Shown in pieces: positions 1-13,498 of a DNA stretch of 64,000 bases (position 1 is its first letter; the number at the start of each line of letters is the position of its first letter). This DNA is from Eledone cirrhosa (Eukaryota). The notes under the pieces were generated by a model that did no database searches, was not told the origin of the DNA, and saw only the letters and a program-made list of their open reading frames with translations. The stretch is from positions 29,326,001 to 29,390,000 of the forward strand of contig OZ024754.1 of the NCBI GenBank assembly GCA_964016885.1. Reading direction: 5' to 3'. Made by a program: the position numbers and the translations under genes.

Positions 1-60
1 TTACATTGAGTTCTTCATACGGATTGGACACTACCGTAAACTTTTGGTAGATTTATCTAC

Positions 61-97
<37 letters not shown>

Positions 98-137
98 TAT
101 ATATATAGTTATGTAATAAACAACATAAGATAATTAT

Positions 138-196
138 TTCATTTACCAGTCGTTTCTTGAAAGCAAATTTTGTTTGCTTTCAATCATCAGAATGAA
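138..196 (-). ncRNA. Type I hammerhead ribozyme, family a
   Basis: Minus strand reads ttcatt-CTGATGA-ttgaaagc..gctttcaa-GAAAC-gactg-GTA-aatgaa; stems I and II pair; same family at 15794 and 19546. Confidence 0.85.
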
Positions 197-494
197 AAAA
201 TTCTGGTGTATTTATTGACAGTAGATTTTAAAAATCAAAAATATAATCTATATGAAAGTGAGGCTGTTGTGCTGCTACTGCTCTTGCTGGTGTTGTTTTT
301 ATTTAGCCACTACACAAGTGTACTTAGACTGGTAAATGAAATAATTATCTTATGTTGTTTATTACATAACTATTAAGCTCTGTAACCTACATAGAGCACT
401 CTTTTTTCCTGGACCTTTCCAACGGAATTACTTCATATATATATATAGGCTTAAAAATCGAATGAGAAATAGAAGGTAGAATGGAGGGGGGGGG

Positions 495-597
495 GAGTTT
501 TGCTCATCAGTTGTCTACAGGGGGTCTCGGATATTTCAACGCTTTAAAGACAATATATCTACCCCAGAGCGTTCAACAACTGGGTAAGTTATTGGGA
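495..597 (-). ncRNA. Candidate non-circularly permuted hammerhead ribozyme (copy B)
   Basis: Minus: ggggt-a-gatat-A-ttgtc-tttaaagcgtt-GAA-atatc-cgag-acccc-ctgta-gacaa-CTGATGA-g; stem III gatat/atatc, stem I ttgtc/gacaa. Confidence 0.6.
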
Positions 598-618
598 AAA
601 CGGAGGAGAGAGAGAAGG

Positions 619-651
<33 letters not shown>

Positions 652-657
<6 letters not shown>

Positions 658-776
658 AATAAGATTTCGCTCCAAGCATAGCTTTATACAATATGTATAG
701 AAATTTCGTAATTCTTTAGAAATACGAAATTTCTATACATATTGTATAAAGCTATACTTGAAGCGAATTCTTATTT

Positions 777-781
<5 letters not shown>
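652..781. repeat. Fold-back hairpin of a PLE terminus between TA tracts
   Basis: Near-perfect inverted arms ~652-718/722-780; same sequence as 4030-4092 (tail of the family b element). Confidence 0.8.
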
Positions 782-829
<48 letters not shown>

Positions 830-869
830 AACGTGCTGCGGGGTTGCTAATGGGTTACATATGAATAAA

Positions 870-973
870 GTTAGTCCTTCATCAATGATCTTCCAACCAT
901 CATTGGTATTTCATCGCTTTAAAGACCATATACCTCCGGTTGGTGCGTCAACGGCTAAAAAAAGTCGTTGGGA
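870..973 (-). ncRNA. Candidate non-circularly permuted hammerhead ribozyme (copy C)
   Basis: Minus: ccaacc-gga-ggtat-A-tggtc-tttaaagcgat-GAA-atacc-aatgat-ggttgg-aa-gatca-TTGATGA-a; stems differ in sequence from copies A/B but still pair. Confidence 0.6.
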
Positions 974-1302
974 CACGTAAATAAAGGGGACACGAGTGTA
1001 AACAAACAAAAATGGTGAAGCAACGAAAAGTGAGGAAGAAGGAGTCAAGTCCCAAATTTCTATGAATTTAAATTCGGTGAAATCGTGAACGAGAGAGAAT
1101 AAAGACCATCAAACCTGGTTGAAATGTGAGTAAGGAAGAAATTCCGTACAGGTCTAATGGGAGGAAGAAGGGGTCTAGTCTGTGAATTCGGTAAACATAA
1201 GTTCTGTGAAATCGTAGACGAGAGAGAGAAAAAATGCCGACCGGCCTTATCAGTTTTAACACACGTTTTCAGATAGAGAATCTTGCTAAACAAATTCAGA
1301 AA

Positions 1303-1335
<33 letters not shown>

Positions 1336-1610
1336 TAGAGATAGATATAGGTAGATGGCTGATTGAATACACCCGTGCTTTTTCTCGTTCCCTCCTCTCT
1401 CCTCGCTCTCTATCTTTATATTTCATATATATATATATTTATATATATATATATAAATGGAATAGAATGAAACGAAATTTCATTTCTCACTCTTAGTACG
1501 GCACTTACTTAAATACGTGCATATATATATGTGTGCATGTATGTATATATATACATACTACTGTACGTCTGTATACATATATGTATGTACGTATACATAC
1601 ATACATACTT

Positions 1611-1651
<41 letters not shown>

Positions 1652-3335
1652 TATATATATAACGATTTTTCTGCAAATTATGCTCAAATGGTGTTGATCG
1701 TTCCTAGGTTATTGTAAAAGTCACTGCTGCACAGTGGGATTGAGCCCAGAACCACGTGGTTGCACAGAAAACTATTTAACCACACAGCTATGTCAGTGTC
1801 TAAGAAGTTAATGATTATAAAATGCCAGTGAATGAAGGAAAGAAGAGAGTAGTAAAACCGTATAGCTTTCCAGCTATAACATTTATTTATTTATTTATTT
1901 ATTTATTTGTTTATTCGTTGTAAAGAAATGTAACCTTAAAGTCAGATTCGAGATTTGTTTACAAATTATTGATGGTTGTTATATCCAAATCCTGTAGCAG
2001 CTATCCGAAGTGAACAACCAACATGGCTATAACTGTTGCATGACTTTGAAAAAGAAAAAGGGGGAAAATGGTGTGATTGTCAGATAGAACCAAAGAAGCC
2101 ATATTTCAATTGATTTTTCTATTGCTGATAGTATTTGCCGGCCCGAACGCCTGTCGGACAAAGCAACTTGAAATAAAGTACTTTGCTCAATAACGCAGCA
2201 TACCACCCGGTCCAGGATTCTAATACATGTCCTTATGATCCTGAATCAAGGACCCTATCCTCAAGGCCTCTTTGCCATAAAAGCATTAGATCCAAACAAC
2301 TAAAATTAAAACCATGCTCAGAAATCATACCGCCCATACGAGGAAAAAATAATCTTTACTCCATAATCTTAAATTTGAGAGATATTTATAGATTTATATT
2401 CTATCTTCTATAACTGATAATCATACTTCGATTCCAATTCTAAACAAATAGACTGTAAAATCAAATATATTTAAGCTTTCATAATACAACGAGTTATTTT
2501 ATTCTACGACTGGTGTTTTATTCTACGATCAGCGCAACCGTTTGTGAGACAATGTTCTATAAATATTATTTAATGTTTTCAATACATCATGTAGACTGAT
2601 ATCGGATATTGAGTATTATATAAAAAGGACAAAAAGGATCATATAATAAGCTAGAAAATAAAGAGAATATATACATGCAGTATTCAGATGATATCATATT
2701 ATATTTTGCATATATAACATAGACTGGTATCAAATATTAAACATATGGTTGAGGAACTATATTTCAAAATGAAAATACTGATCGGATTAAAAAGAAAACG
2801 AGATTGTAGACTGTGGGGGAGCATTGGATCAATATTTATCATTGTTGTATTATACATGAGTCGATAATATAATTTGCTGTGAGAAATAATTTTATGCATA
2901 TTATCGATAGAATATAAATATTTCTTTTTCTTCCATGTTGGTTTGGTGTTGCTTCAGATATATTGTACAAAAGATTGAGATTCTAAGTTACTACTAGAAG
3001 TTCTAATGACCAGTGTATCCGAACATATACGTGCTTTAACTCCTAAAATATTTCTTTCTCTTCTTACTTTTGTCTATCTTTGTATTTCTTCTTTTATTTC
3101 TCATTTTATCCTCTGATGAAGGACTGATGTTCAAAATGTTTACACTCTTCTCCTACTAAACCAAGCGTTAAACTAATATACTTTTATAGTACTGTATCGT
3201 TTTCCGGGGTTGTTTAACCGTTAACCTTTCGCATATATAGATAGATATACTCCTGTCAAGGTTGGACTTGTTTCTCATCGATCTCCCTATCTCGCTGTCA
3301 ATAAGGCCTCGGATTTATGTTCAGCCGCTGATTTG

Positions 3336-3409
<74 letters not shown>

Positions 3410-3440
3410 CTTACATACATGTACTTCTCCTTTTTTCCTT

Positions 3441-3548
3441 CCCCAATAACTTTCAAAACTTATTGACGCACTGGAGATAAGCATATTGTCTTTAATGCAT
3501 TGAAATGTCGGTGACCTCCAGCAGACAACTGAAGAGGGGACTGTCCCT
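3441..3548 (+). ncRNA. Candidate non-circularly permuted hammerhead ribozyme (copy A)
   Basis: ctggag-ataa-gcat-A(3485)-ttgtc-tttaatgcatt-GAAA(3502-3505)-tgt..ctccag-ca-gacaa-CTGAAGA(3529-3535). Confidence 0.62.
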
Positions 3549-3720
3549 TGTTTATGCTCTCCTTTTATTTCTAAATACACTTTATCAAGTATCCACACAG
3601 CCACTTATTTCTTCTAAAGTTTTATTAATTTTTTGCTGTGACCTGTTCTTTTTCTCCATTTCCCTTGTTGTTATTATTAACTCTTTCCGTTTCTTTCTTT
3701 CTCTCCCTTTCTCTCTCTCT

Positions 3721-3767
<47 letters not shown>

Positions 3768-3920
3768 TCTCTTTCCCGGTTACTTACACACATGTGCTTC
3801 TCCTCATGTTCCCCCCTTTTATTGGTATGTTCTTTGCGTTTTTCTTTTTTTCCCTTCTGTTTAATTTATTTTTTCTCTCTCCCTTTTTGATCCCCAATAA
3901 CTTTAGAAATGTGGGACCCC

Positions 3921-4350
3921 TCAAGCCTGAAATGCATAGATGGTTGTCCCCCTTGCTTCTGCTGGACACCACCAGAGGGCATTAGCACCGGTGTGTGCAT
4001 AGCTACGGCTTCCTAAAACCGTATTTCTTTAGAGATATGAAATTTCTATACATATTGTATAAAGCCATGCTTGAAGCGAAATCTTATTTCTTTTCTATTA
4101 TAAGTAGAGCCAACTTATACAGCTTTATATGCAAATGAGATGAATCACCTCGTTTACACAGGCGAGAAAACTATATATTCTCGACTGTTTTCAAGTCCAG
4201 CAGTAGCAAGCGGTGGGAGAGACCGTCCTGACGAAGGCCAGTCAAGCCTGAAATGCATAGACGGTTGTCCCCCTTGCTTCTGCTGGATACCACCAGAAGG
4301 CGTTAGCCCCGGTGTTTGCATAGCTACGGCTTCCTAAAACCTTTATTTCT
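3921..4350 (+). mobile_element. Partial tandem PLE terminal repeat (family b), 321 bp period
   Basis: 3921-4030 repeated at 4242-4350; contains hammerhead at 4223. Confidence 0.7.
4223..4264 (+). ncRNA. Minimal type I hammerhead ribozyme, family b
   Basis: ccgtc-CTGACGA-aggc-cagtcaa-gcct-GAAA-tgc-ATA-gacgg; palindromic short stem III. Confidence 0.85.
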
Positions 4351-4595
4351 TATTTGAATTCTATTGGTTTTACAAAAACAACCCAAATAAAATATTTGGC
4401 ATCCAAGATAAATGAGTGTTAAATAATTTGTAAAATGTTTTCCACTACAAACTTGATGTTGTGCTGCTACTGCTCTTGCTGGTGTTGACACCCGGATGTA
4501 ACGCATACGCAAACTAAGCACACAACACACACAGAAACAAGTTGGCGTAGGACAGAACAAAGGAGAGGCACAAAAAACAAAGAAAAGAATCCCCA

Positions 4596-4638
4596 GTCAC
4601 TGAAGAGGTCACAGAATGTGTGACGAAAGAACTTTGAC
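4596..4638 (+). ncRNA. Minimal type I hammerhead ribozyme, family c, inside PLE terminus 4450-4760
   Basis: gtca-CTGAAGA-ggtcaca..tgtgac-GAAA-gaa-CTT-tgac; further copies 6602-6644 (-) and 27358-27400 (+). Confidence 0.7.
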
Positions 4639-4805
4639 AATATATGAACAACTATCCAGCCAACCAACCGGAAATTTATAATAAATTGAAGTGACAGCAA
4701 CTGGTGCGTGTGTTTCTTATTGGCAACATGACCCTCCCAAAGTATAACAATATATATATATGTGTAGAGTTAGAGATAGATAGACTCACAAACACACAAA
4801 CACTC

Positions 4806-4838
<33 letters not shown>

Positions 4839-5314
4839 CAAAATTAAGATAAATTAAATGAATTTAATCTAAATCAAAATTATGGGTATCATGCCAGAAC
4901 AGCATGCGCCATATCACCCGGAAATAAGCTCAAAGATTCTATCGAGTAGGTCTGGGCATTTTATAATAACTAAAAATTGATTAACATATATATTATTCAT
5001 GTTTATATATATGTTAATCAATTTCTAGTTATTATATATATATATCAGATGTGAGAAAAACCACAGACCCTCCCTCAACTCTACTTTTGAAAAGCAGAAA
5101 AACTGCGGAACCGGTAAAGGAACCAAATAAATATATATATATATATTTTTAAATAAGACTCCAGTTGCATTTTCGATTTCATCTTTGTTTCTTCATACTT
5201 TCACTCTGTCTTGATTTTTTTTTAATTGAGTTTGAATTATTTTCCATTTTGACGTTATAGTCACTTATATATTATGAAATACTGTCGGCTTCTTGCTCAC
5301 ATTAATTTCTCTAT

Positions 5315-5418
<104 letters not shown>

Positions 5419-6444
5419 AAATAGTTGGATATAGATAGATATAGATTATTTTGAAATATCAGTCCTTTTTTTATATAAATATGATGTTTATTGAAATTCT
5501 GTATCTATATTTCTGACGGTATCTCATATTTTGTTATTGAATAATGTTTATCATCGAATCGGAAATACATATATTAAAACAAAAGTATTGATTTATTGAT
5601 ACAATTTGCTTCGAATGAATTCAAGTAAACGGTAAAACTAAAATTAAGTAACATCCTCAGGTGATGAACTTGACCCGAATAAAACAGTTTTAAAAAGATA
5701 AGATATACATAAGTTTTGACGAAGTATGGTTCAATAATTTGTAATACTGTATCTTGCTTGAATTTATTCACTAACAAGTTTTCTTCTCCCCAAAACATTA
5801 TCTGATCTTTGCCACAAAACTTGTTGAAACCAGCTCGAAGATAAATCTAAGTTACAACAATAAGACTTTAGGAACATTCTTCCTTTTAAACAGACTGAAT
5901 AATTAAAACTGACAAATCAGACTTCGGTTAGAAGTAACAGTGAAATACCCAGCGATAATCGATATCTTCCTGTACTTATATTGTCTAGAATTTCAGTAAA
6001 TATATTCCAAAGATTAATCAGGTGAGCGTAAGATTAAAGACCACACAATGGCGCCATGAAATATTTTTCCAGATACTCTACGTTGAATGAAGATAGCTTT
6101 CTTGACAAATCATAGATTTGGTTGAAAGAGAACATATTTGATATGTAGACGTATATATTAACTCTTTATCTTTATGTGTCCAAAACTGGTTTCCATCTAA
6201 CATCGCATACCCTATATACCAGAGAACTTATAGATTTTCTCTTGTGTAAATTATCAAATGTTTTCTCACAAACTAATAGGATTTCTTTGACGTAAAATAG
6301 ATATAAAACTACAAACATAAACATTTGATTCTAATAAATGGAATGGAAATTTAATTTTACAATTATTAACAGAGGAAAAGAGGGAGAGAGAGAGGGATGG
6401 GGGAGGGAGATAGAGAGAAATAAGAAATGTATATGTACATATAT

Positions 6445-7300
6445 ATATATTGTTATACTTTGGGAGGGTCATGTTGCCAATAAGAAACACACGCACCAAT
6501 TGCTTTCACTTAAATTTATTATAATAAATTTATAAATTTAGGAATTTATGAATTTCCGGTTGGCTGGTTGATTCCACAACACAGATGGTTGTTTATATAT
6601 TGTCAAAGTTCTTTCGTCACACATTCTGGGACCTCTTCAGTGACTGGGGATTCTTTTCTTTGTTTTTTGTGCCTCTCCTTTGTTCTGTCCTACGCCATCT
6701 TGTTTTTGTGTGTGTGTTGTGTGCTTAGTTTGCGCATGTGTTACATCCGGGTGTCTGTGTGTGTTTATATTCGTTTATTTATTTGTTTATTTACATGTTA
6801 CTGGCTGGTTTTTTGTTCTATGTGCGTGTGTGTTTTCATTTTGTCCTTAATTGTAAGTTGTGATGTTGCTGTTCCACTCATGTTTTCTATTTAATTTTGG
6901 TTGTAATTCATTTATGTTTATTACCTCTAAACATTGCGTCTTTTCTGTGTGTAGATTCTATTTTTATTTCTATGTTCTCTAATTTACCCTTATGTTCTAT
7001 TTTAGCATGTTGGTAGAGTACAGATGATTCTTTACTATCTTGAAGGTCTCGCCAGTGTTCATTTATCCGTTCCCCTATACTACGAGCTGTCTCACCTATG
7101 TACACTATATAGTTTGCTATTTGCTGGATGCTTTCCATTGTGTTTTTCTCTAGTTCCTGACTGTTCTCTAGTGAGGGTGTTTTAACTACGATGTTTATAT
7201 CATCATCGTAGCGGGAGTACATTATCAGGTTTAAGGGGTCTTCTAATTGTTCTTTAAGTTTAAGTTTAAGTCTACTGTCCCTTTGTTCTGTCCTACGCCA
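6445..7300 (-). mobile_element. Deleted Penelope-like element (non-Naiad type): RT remnant fused to GIY-YIG, then 3' terminal repeat with hammerhead
   Basis: ORF 6908-7399 has YSRYDDDI (RT-like) and VYIGETARSIGERINEH (GIY-YIG); 6445-6750 is the inverse of 4490-4760. Confidence 0.8.
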
Positions 7301-7356
7301 TCTTATATATATATATATATTAGAAAGTGAGTTTTTTTTTACAAAATGAAAATAAC

Positions 7357-7611
7357 CGAGTGAAAGTATAAAGAAAAAGAGATGAAATCGAAAATGCAAC
7401 TGGAGTCTTATTTTTTTAAAAAATATATATATTTATTTGGTTCCTTTACCGGTTTCGCAGTTCTTCTGCTTTTCAAAAGGTGAGTTGAGATGGGGGGTCT
7501 GTGGTTTTTGAAAAGCAGAAGAACTGCGAAACCGGTAAAGGAACCAAATAAATATATATATTTAAAAAAAAAAATAAGACTCCAGTTGCATTTTCGATTT
7601 CATCTCATTTT

Positions 7612-7615
<4 letters not shown>
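7357..7615. mobile_element. Fold-back PLE terminus with two opposed U3-A8 hammerheads, family d
   Basis: Inverted arms ~7370-7476/7506-7615; cctt-TTGAAAA-gcag-aagaa-ctgc-GAAAC-cg-GTA-aagg at 7443-7480 (-) and 7505-7541 (+); other copies 5084-5120 (+, GGAAC mutant) and 59699-59736 (-). Confidence 0.8.
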
Positions 7616-7695
<80 letters not shown>

Positions 7696-9939
7696 GAAAA
7701 CAGAAAACGAAAAGAGAGAGGAAGAAAGGGAAATTAGATTTTTTATCAGGATTCAAAAATATTTAAAAACGTAATGTGTTTTTATTGTAAAAATGTCCAT
7801 GATTTTGTTTTTAAGTAAATAATTTACAAACAAGAATCAAATGCGTTTCAATTCTAATTTTAGAAATCGTTTTATGTAAACATACATTTACTTTCAAATT
7901 TTCTGCGTTATTCTCAGGTCCTAAGTAGGTTCTCCGACAAAGAATATCGACATCTAATCCCTTTAGATTATAAAAACAATGTTTAGTTTTGTAAATGTTG
8001 ATACACTTACTAATCCTAATACAATTTGGCACCGGCTTATATCCACTTAAGCTGTTACAGAAGGTAAGCTGGTTCATCTTTGTAGGCATACTTAAATTAA
8101 AAAAATGTCGAAAGGGAAATATTTTATACTACTTAACACTATATATTTAGGTCTAAACATCTACAAAAGAAAATCATTTTTTAAGACAAGCCATTTGTTT
8201 ACGACTATATGAGTCAAAACGTGAAGTATGTTTAATAAAGACGAAAATATATATACAACATACTTGTATACTTCACTTTTACTACATCAATAGTAGGGGC
8301 TATTGCATACTGATTAATATGTAACGTGTTTTGCTTTTGTGGAAACGGGCATGGCTGAGGTGTTAAGAAGTTAATTCCTCTACCTGGAATCTTGACAAAT
8401 TCTTTTTATGTGATTGAAATTGTGATTGAAAATGTGTAAGACCCCATATGAACTTTATATGTATGTGAAAGGTCCGACACAGTGACATATTTTGCCACGC
8501 TGATCCTGTCTCAGGATTACATCAGTAAACCTGCTTGCTGTATTACTAATATAATGGTCACTCTAAGCATTGACCCTGACTCAAATCACAGGAAATCAAT
8601 ATCACCAAATAATCAGTTAGATCTTTATAGATATTTATCGATATTTATTTAAAAAGACACTTTATATAATAATATAGTCCTAGATGCATTGCGCCTGATC
8701 ACTAAGATTAGAAGGGCACGAACGAAACGTTTATGACCATAGGTTTACTCGTTCAGAGCAGATATAGAAATAAACAACAAAATCAACAATTGGATTTGTT
8801 TTAATTAAAAAAGAAAACCATTCTACAATAATTAACATATTCCACAGACTGCGGTCGTATTAATGAAACGGATTGTTTACGTGAGGGTGAATATTTCGAC
8901 ATTAAAAAACGATCATATTTAATCGATTAAAGTCTCCAAAGACACAACAAGGTTCTGAAATATTCTAAATTATATGGAATTATAACATTGACAGAATTCT
9001 GTGCATTTTAGCGGGAGAATGTTGTCGATATCATTGACGCCAATATTTTATCAAACCTGAAATATTAATAGAAAACAATAAAACTATAAAAGAAAAACAA
9101 CAACAAAAAAGGCAACTCTGGTGGAATTTGAAATTAAATTATAAATCTCTATAAAACTAATTACTGCGAATTTATTTCTCTGGGATTTTACAAAGTTTGA
9201 CATCTACCTTCAGTATATTTAATATTAAATTAAAATATTGAATATGGTCAATTGAATTATTTTCTCCAAATGGTATAAACAGTGTAAGAAATATGGTTAT
9301 GGTTATATATTGAACGGATCACCATCGCTTTCGACGATGAATGTTCCAGCTATACGATTATTGGACCAGCCAGTTCACGAATTTAATGTGTATGAGGCTG
9401 AACATTTCACAGACACGTGTACCCTCTAACGTAATTATCACGGAGTTTCAGTGTGAGCTTAGGTGGGACGAGGCAGGCACAGTCAATCTAACAGGTTTCC
9501 AAACAGTTTCCGTTCACGCCATTCCACACACAAGGCGTGGTAAATTACACTTACCCACGATGCCATGCATTGGGATCGAACGGCCAACAAGAATAAGGAT
9601 TGCAAAGCGAAATACCCAAACATTCGTCCACATTGGGCCCACTTGTATAATGATGTACGATATATATATATATCCAAAAATAAATTAAGGGTGTCATGTC
9701 TGAGAGACCTGCGCCATATCCACTGCAGAATATGTTCAAAGATTCCAATGAATAGATCCGAGCATTTTATATCAACTAGAAATTGATTGACATATATATA
9801 TATACATATATATAAAATAAACATATGAAACAATCAGAGGGAATAATTTGTAAAAGTACTTACACACTTTACAAATTATTCCCTGTGATTGTTTCATATG
9901 TTTATTATATATATATATATATAGTTTTAATATAGATGA

Positions 9940-9988
9940 GATTCTACAGGACTAGAACTGTTTCATTCTTTAGAAATCATCAGGAATC
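9940..9988 (-). ncRNA. Type I hammerhead ribozyme, family e
   Basis: Minus: gattc-CTGATGA-tttc-taaa-gaat-GAAA-cag-ttctagtc-ctG-TA-gaatc; copies 11190-11238 (-), 11684-11732 (+, core mutated), 21467-21515 (+), 44569-44619 (+, core mutated, stem I covaries ggcttc/gaagcc). Confidence 0.8.
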
Positions 9989-10887
9989 TGGGTATCAAAA
10001 AATAAGTATGGTATTTATAGGTCTCTACAAGTGGTAGGAGATGGTGGGGAGTGGGATGGGTGTAGGTCATTGGTTGATAGAAAAGGGAATTCATTAAAAG
10101 CTAATTCTACAAAGCTATAGTTTATTTTTATTTATTTTTGTTTTTAGAGTAACAAAGGCAGACAGAATTCTATAAACAGGTTCAGGATGGCATGCCACTC
10201 CTTATTATTAAGTTTCTCTTAAGCTAACAGGTGTCTATAAGATCAGTGGGGGGTCAGTCATGGTAGATAGGTTTAAAGGAGAGGAAGATTCTTTAAAAGC
10301 TAAATTCATTAAGGTTCTACTAAGTGACAAAGGTTTAGAGAATTCTGTAGACAAATTCAAAATATTGAGTGCATATCTTACAATTATCTTCAAATTTCTC
10401 TTAAACTATTCAACTATATGCCAAAAATCAACAGACACATTCATAAAACACACTCACTCACACACTCGCGCGCACCCATAAACACACATACACATACACA
10501 TATACACACATATACACACACACACATATAAATAAGTTTATTTTATATATATATATATATATACATATATACATATACATACACACACATACATATACAC
10601 ATATATATGTATATATATATATATAAGTATATATATATACATACATATACATACACACATATATATATATACACACACACACATATACACATATATAAGG
10701 AAAAATTGAATGGGAACAAAACAGAGGGGCAGAACAAAGAAATGTTTATTAATTTCACGCTCTTGAGAGTGGGGTCACACATACACACACATATATATAT
10801 ACACACACATACACCATAGATACATATATTTATATACATACATAAATAAATACATACATACACATACATATACACATATACACACAC

Positions 10888-10918
<31 letters not shown>

Positions 10919-11021
10919 TACACACACACGCATATACGCACACATATCTTTATATATATATATATATATATACACACACATATATATACATACACATACA
11001 CACACATATATATATATACAT

Positions 11022-11106
<85 letters not shown>

Positions 11107-11172
11107 GTTATTCCGGGTTGAATCGGAGGTAACCACAGTAAGTAAGGTACTCAATACATTGCAGAGTATAAA

Positions 11173-11747
11173 AGTTTTAATATAGATGTGATTCTACAGG
11201 ACTAGAACTGTTTCATTCTTTAGAAATCATCAGGAATCTGGGTATCAAAAAATAAATATGGTATTTATAGGTCTCTACAAGTGGTAGGAGAGGGTGGGGA
11301 GTGGGATGGGTGTAGGTCATTGGTTGATAGAAAAGGAATTCATTAAAAGCTAATTCTACAAAGCTATAGTTTATTTTTATTAATTTTTGTTTTTAGTAAC
11401 AAAGGCAGACGGAATTTTATAAACAGGGTCCGGATGGCATACCATTCCTTGTCATTAAGTTTCTCTTAAGCTAACAGATGTCTATAAGATCAGTGGGGGG
11501 TCAGTCATGGTAGATAGAATTAAAGGAAAGGGAGATTCTTTAAAAGCTAAATTCATAGCTTTGTAGAATTAGCTTTTAATGAATTCCTTTTCTATCAACC
11601 AATGACCTACACCCATCCCACTCCCCACCCTCTCCTACCACTTGTAGAGACCTATAAATACCATATTTATTTTTTGATACCCAGATTCCTTATGATTTCT
11701 AAAGAATGAAACAGTTCTAGTCCTGTAGAATCTCATCTATATTAAAA

Positions 11748-11750
<3 letters not shown>
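11173..11750. mobile_element. Fold-back PLE terminus, family e
   Basis: 11173-11372 inverted at 11555-11750; 11173-11555 is a direct copy of 9923-10308; a further inverted copy at 21240-21532. Confidence 0.85.
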
Positions 11751-11795
<45 letters not shown>

Positions 11796-12074
11796 CACAC
11801 ACATATACATATACATACACATGTATATATATATATACACACACATATATACATACACACATACACATATACATATATACATACATATATATATATATAT
11901 ACACATATATACACATATATACATATACACACATATATACATGTATATATATATATATATACATATATATACACACATATATACATATATATACATATAT
12001 ACACATACACACATATATATACACATTCACACACATATATATATACACACGCGCACACACACATATATATATAC

Positions 12075-12111
<37 letters not shown>

Positions 12112-12180
12112 GATATATATATATATATATATACATACATATATAAACATACATATACACATATACACACACATATACAC

Positions 12181-12212
<32 letters not shown>

Positions 12213-12282
12213 ATACACATATATACATATATATACATAAATAAACACATATACACACATATATACACATACATACACATGC

Positions 12283-12327
<45 letters not shown>

Positions 12328-12428
12328 TACACATACATACATATACATATACATATATACACATACACACGAATATACAGACACATACGTACATACATAC
12401 ACACATACATATACATAAATAAATAAAC

Positions 12429-12509
<81 letters not shown>

Positions 12510-12670
12510 TATATACACATACATATATATATATACACACACACACACGTACCTACATACACCTACATATACACATATACACACATATACACATATACAT
12601 ATATACATATATATACATAAAAATATATACACATATATACACATATACACACACACACACATATATATAT

Positions 12671-12718
<48 letters not shown>

Positions 12719-12795
12719 ATACATACATACACACATACATATACATATATATATATATACACGACGGTTGGATGGCCACTGATGAGGACAAACTT

Positions 12796-12862
<67 letters not shown>

Positions 12863-12981
12863 TATATACACATACATACACATACACACATACATATATA
12901 CACACATATATATACACACATACATACACACACACACACACACATACATACACATATATATAAATATATACATATACACAC

Positions 12982-13013
<32 letters not shown>

Positions 13014-13143
13014 ACACACACATATATATACATATATACACATATACACATATATACACATATACATATATATATATATATAAATATATACACATACATA
13101 CATACGCATACATACACATATATATATATATACACATATATAT

Positions 13144-13214
<71 letters not shown>

Positions 13215-13320
13215 TATACACACACATACCCATATACACATGTGCACACATACACATACATACACATACATATACATACACATACATATACACACATACA
13301 CACAAATATATACACATACA
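11750..13320. repeat. Compound (TA)n/(CA)n microsatellite field
   Basis: About 1.6 kb of interleaved TA, CA, TACA repeats; source of spurious ORFs. Confidence 0.95.
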
Positions 13321-13498
13321 AATAAATAAGTACTCAATAAATATACGCATATACGCAGGCACATAAAAACACCTCTACAGGCAGAAAATGTAGATAGGTA
13401 AGAGGTACTCACATAACCATAGTGGCCGTATTTCAGGTTGAGGAGGGGTGGGGGTAGGGTGGGAAGGAGGTATAGGGGCCAATAGGTGGAGGTCGTTT

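Noticed and set aside
3110-3150. Hammerhead at cctCTGATGAagg
   Set aside because: GAAA half and stems degenerate; cannot be supported
3441-3548. Twister-like double-pseudoknot reading of the conserved motif (TAA..GC..GTCTTTAA.GC..GGAC)
   Set aside because: The GTCTT/GGAC pairing fails in copy B and it does not explain conserved CUGANGA, GAAA and AUA; the permuted hammerhead model fits better, though this alternative is not excluded
10458-13412. Long ORFs of YI/VC/HT dipeptides (also 15.9-19.5, 47.8-48.3, 51.2-51.8, 61.1-62.5 kb)
   Set aside because: Translations of TA/TG/CA microsatellites that lack stop codons
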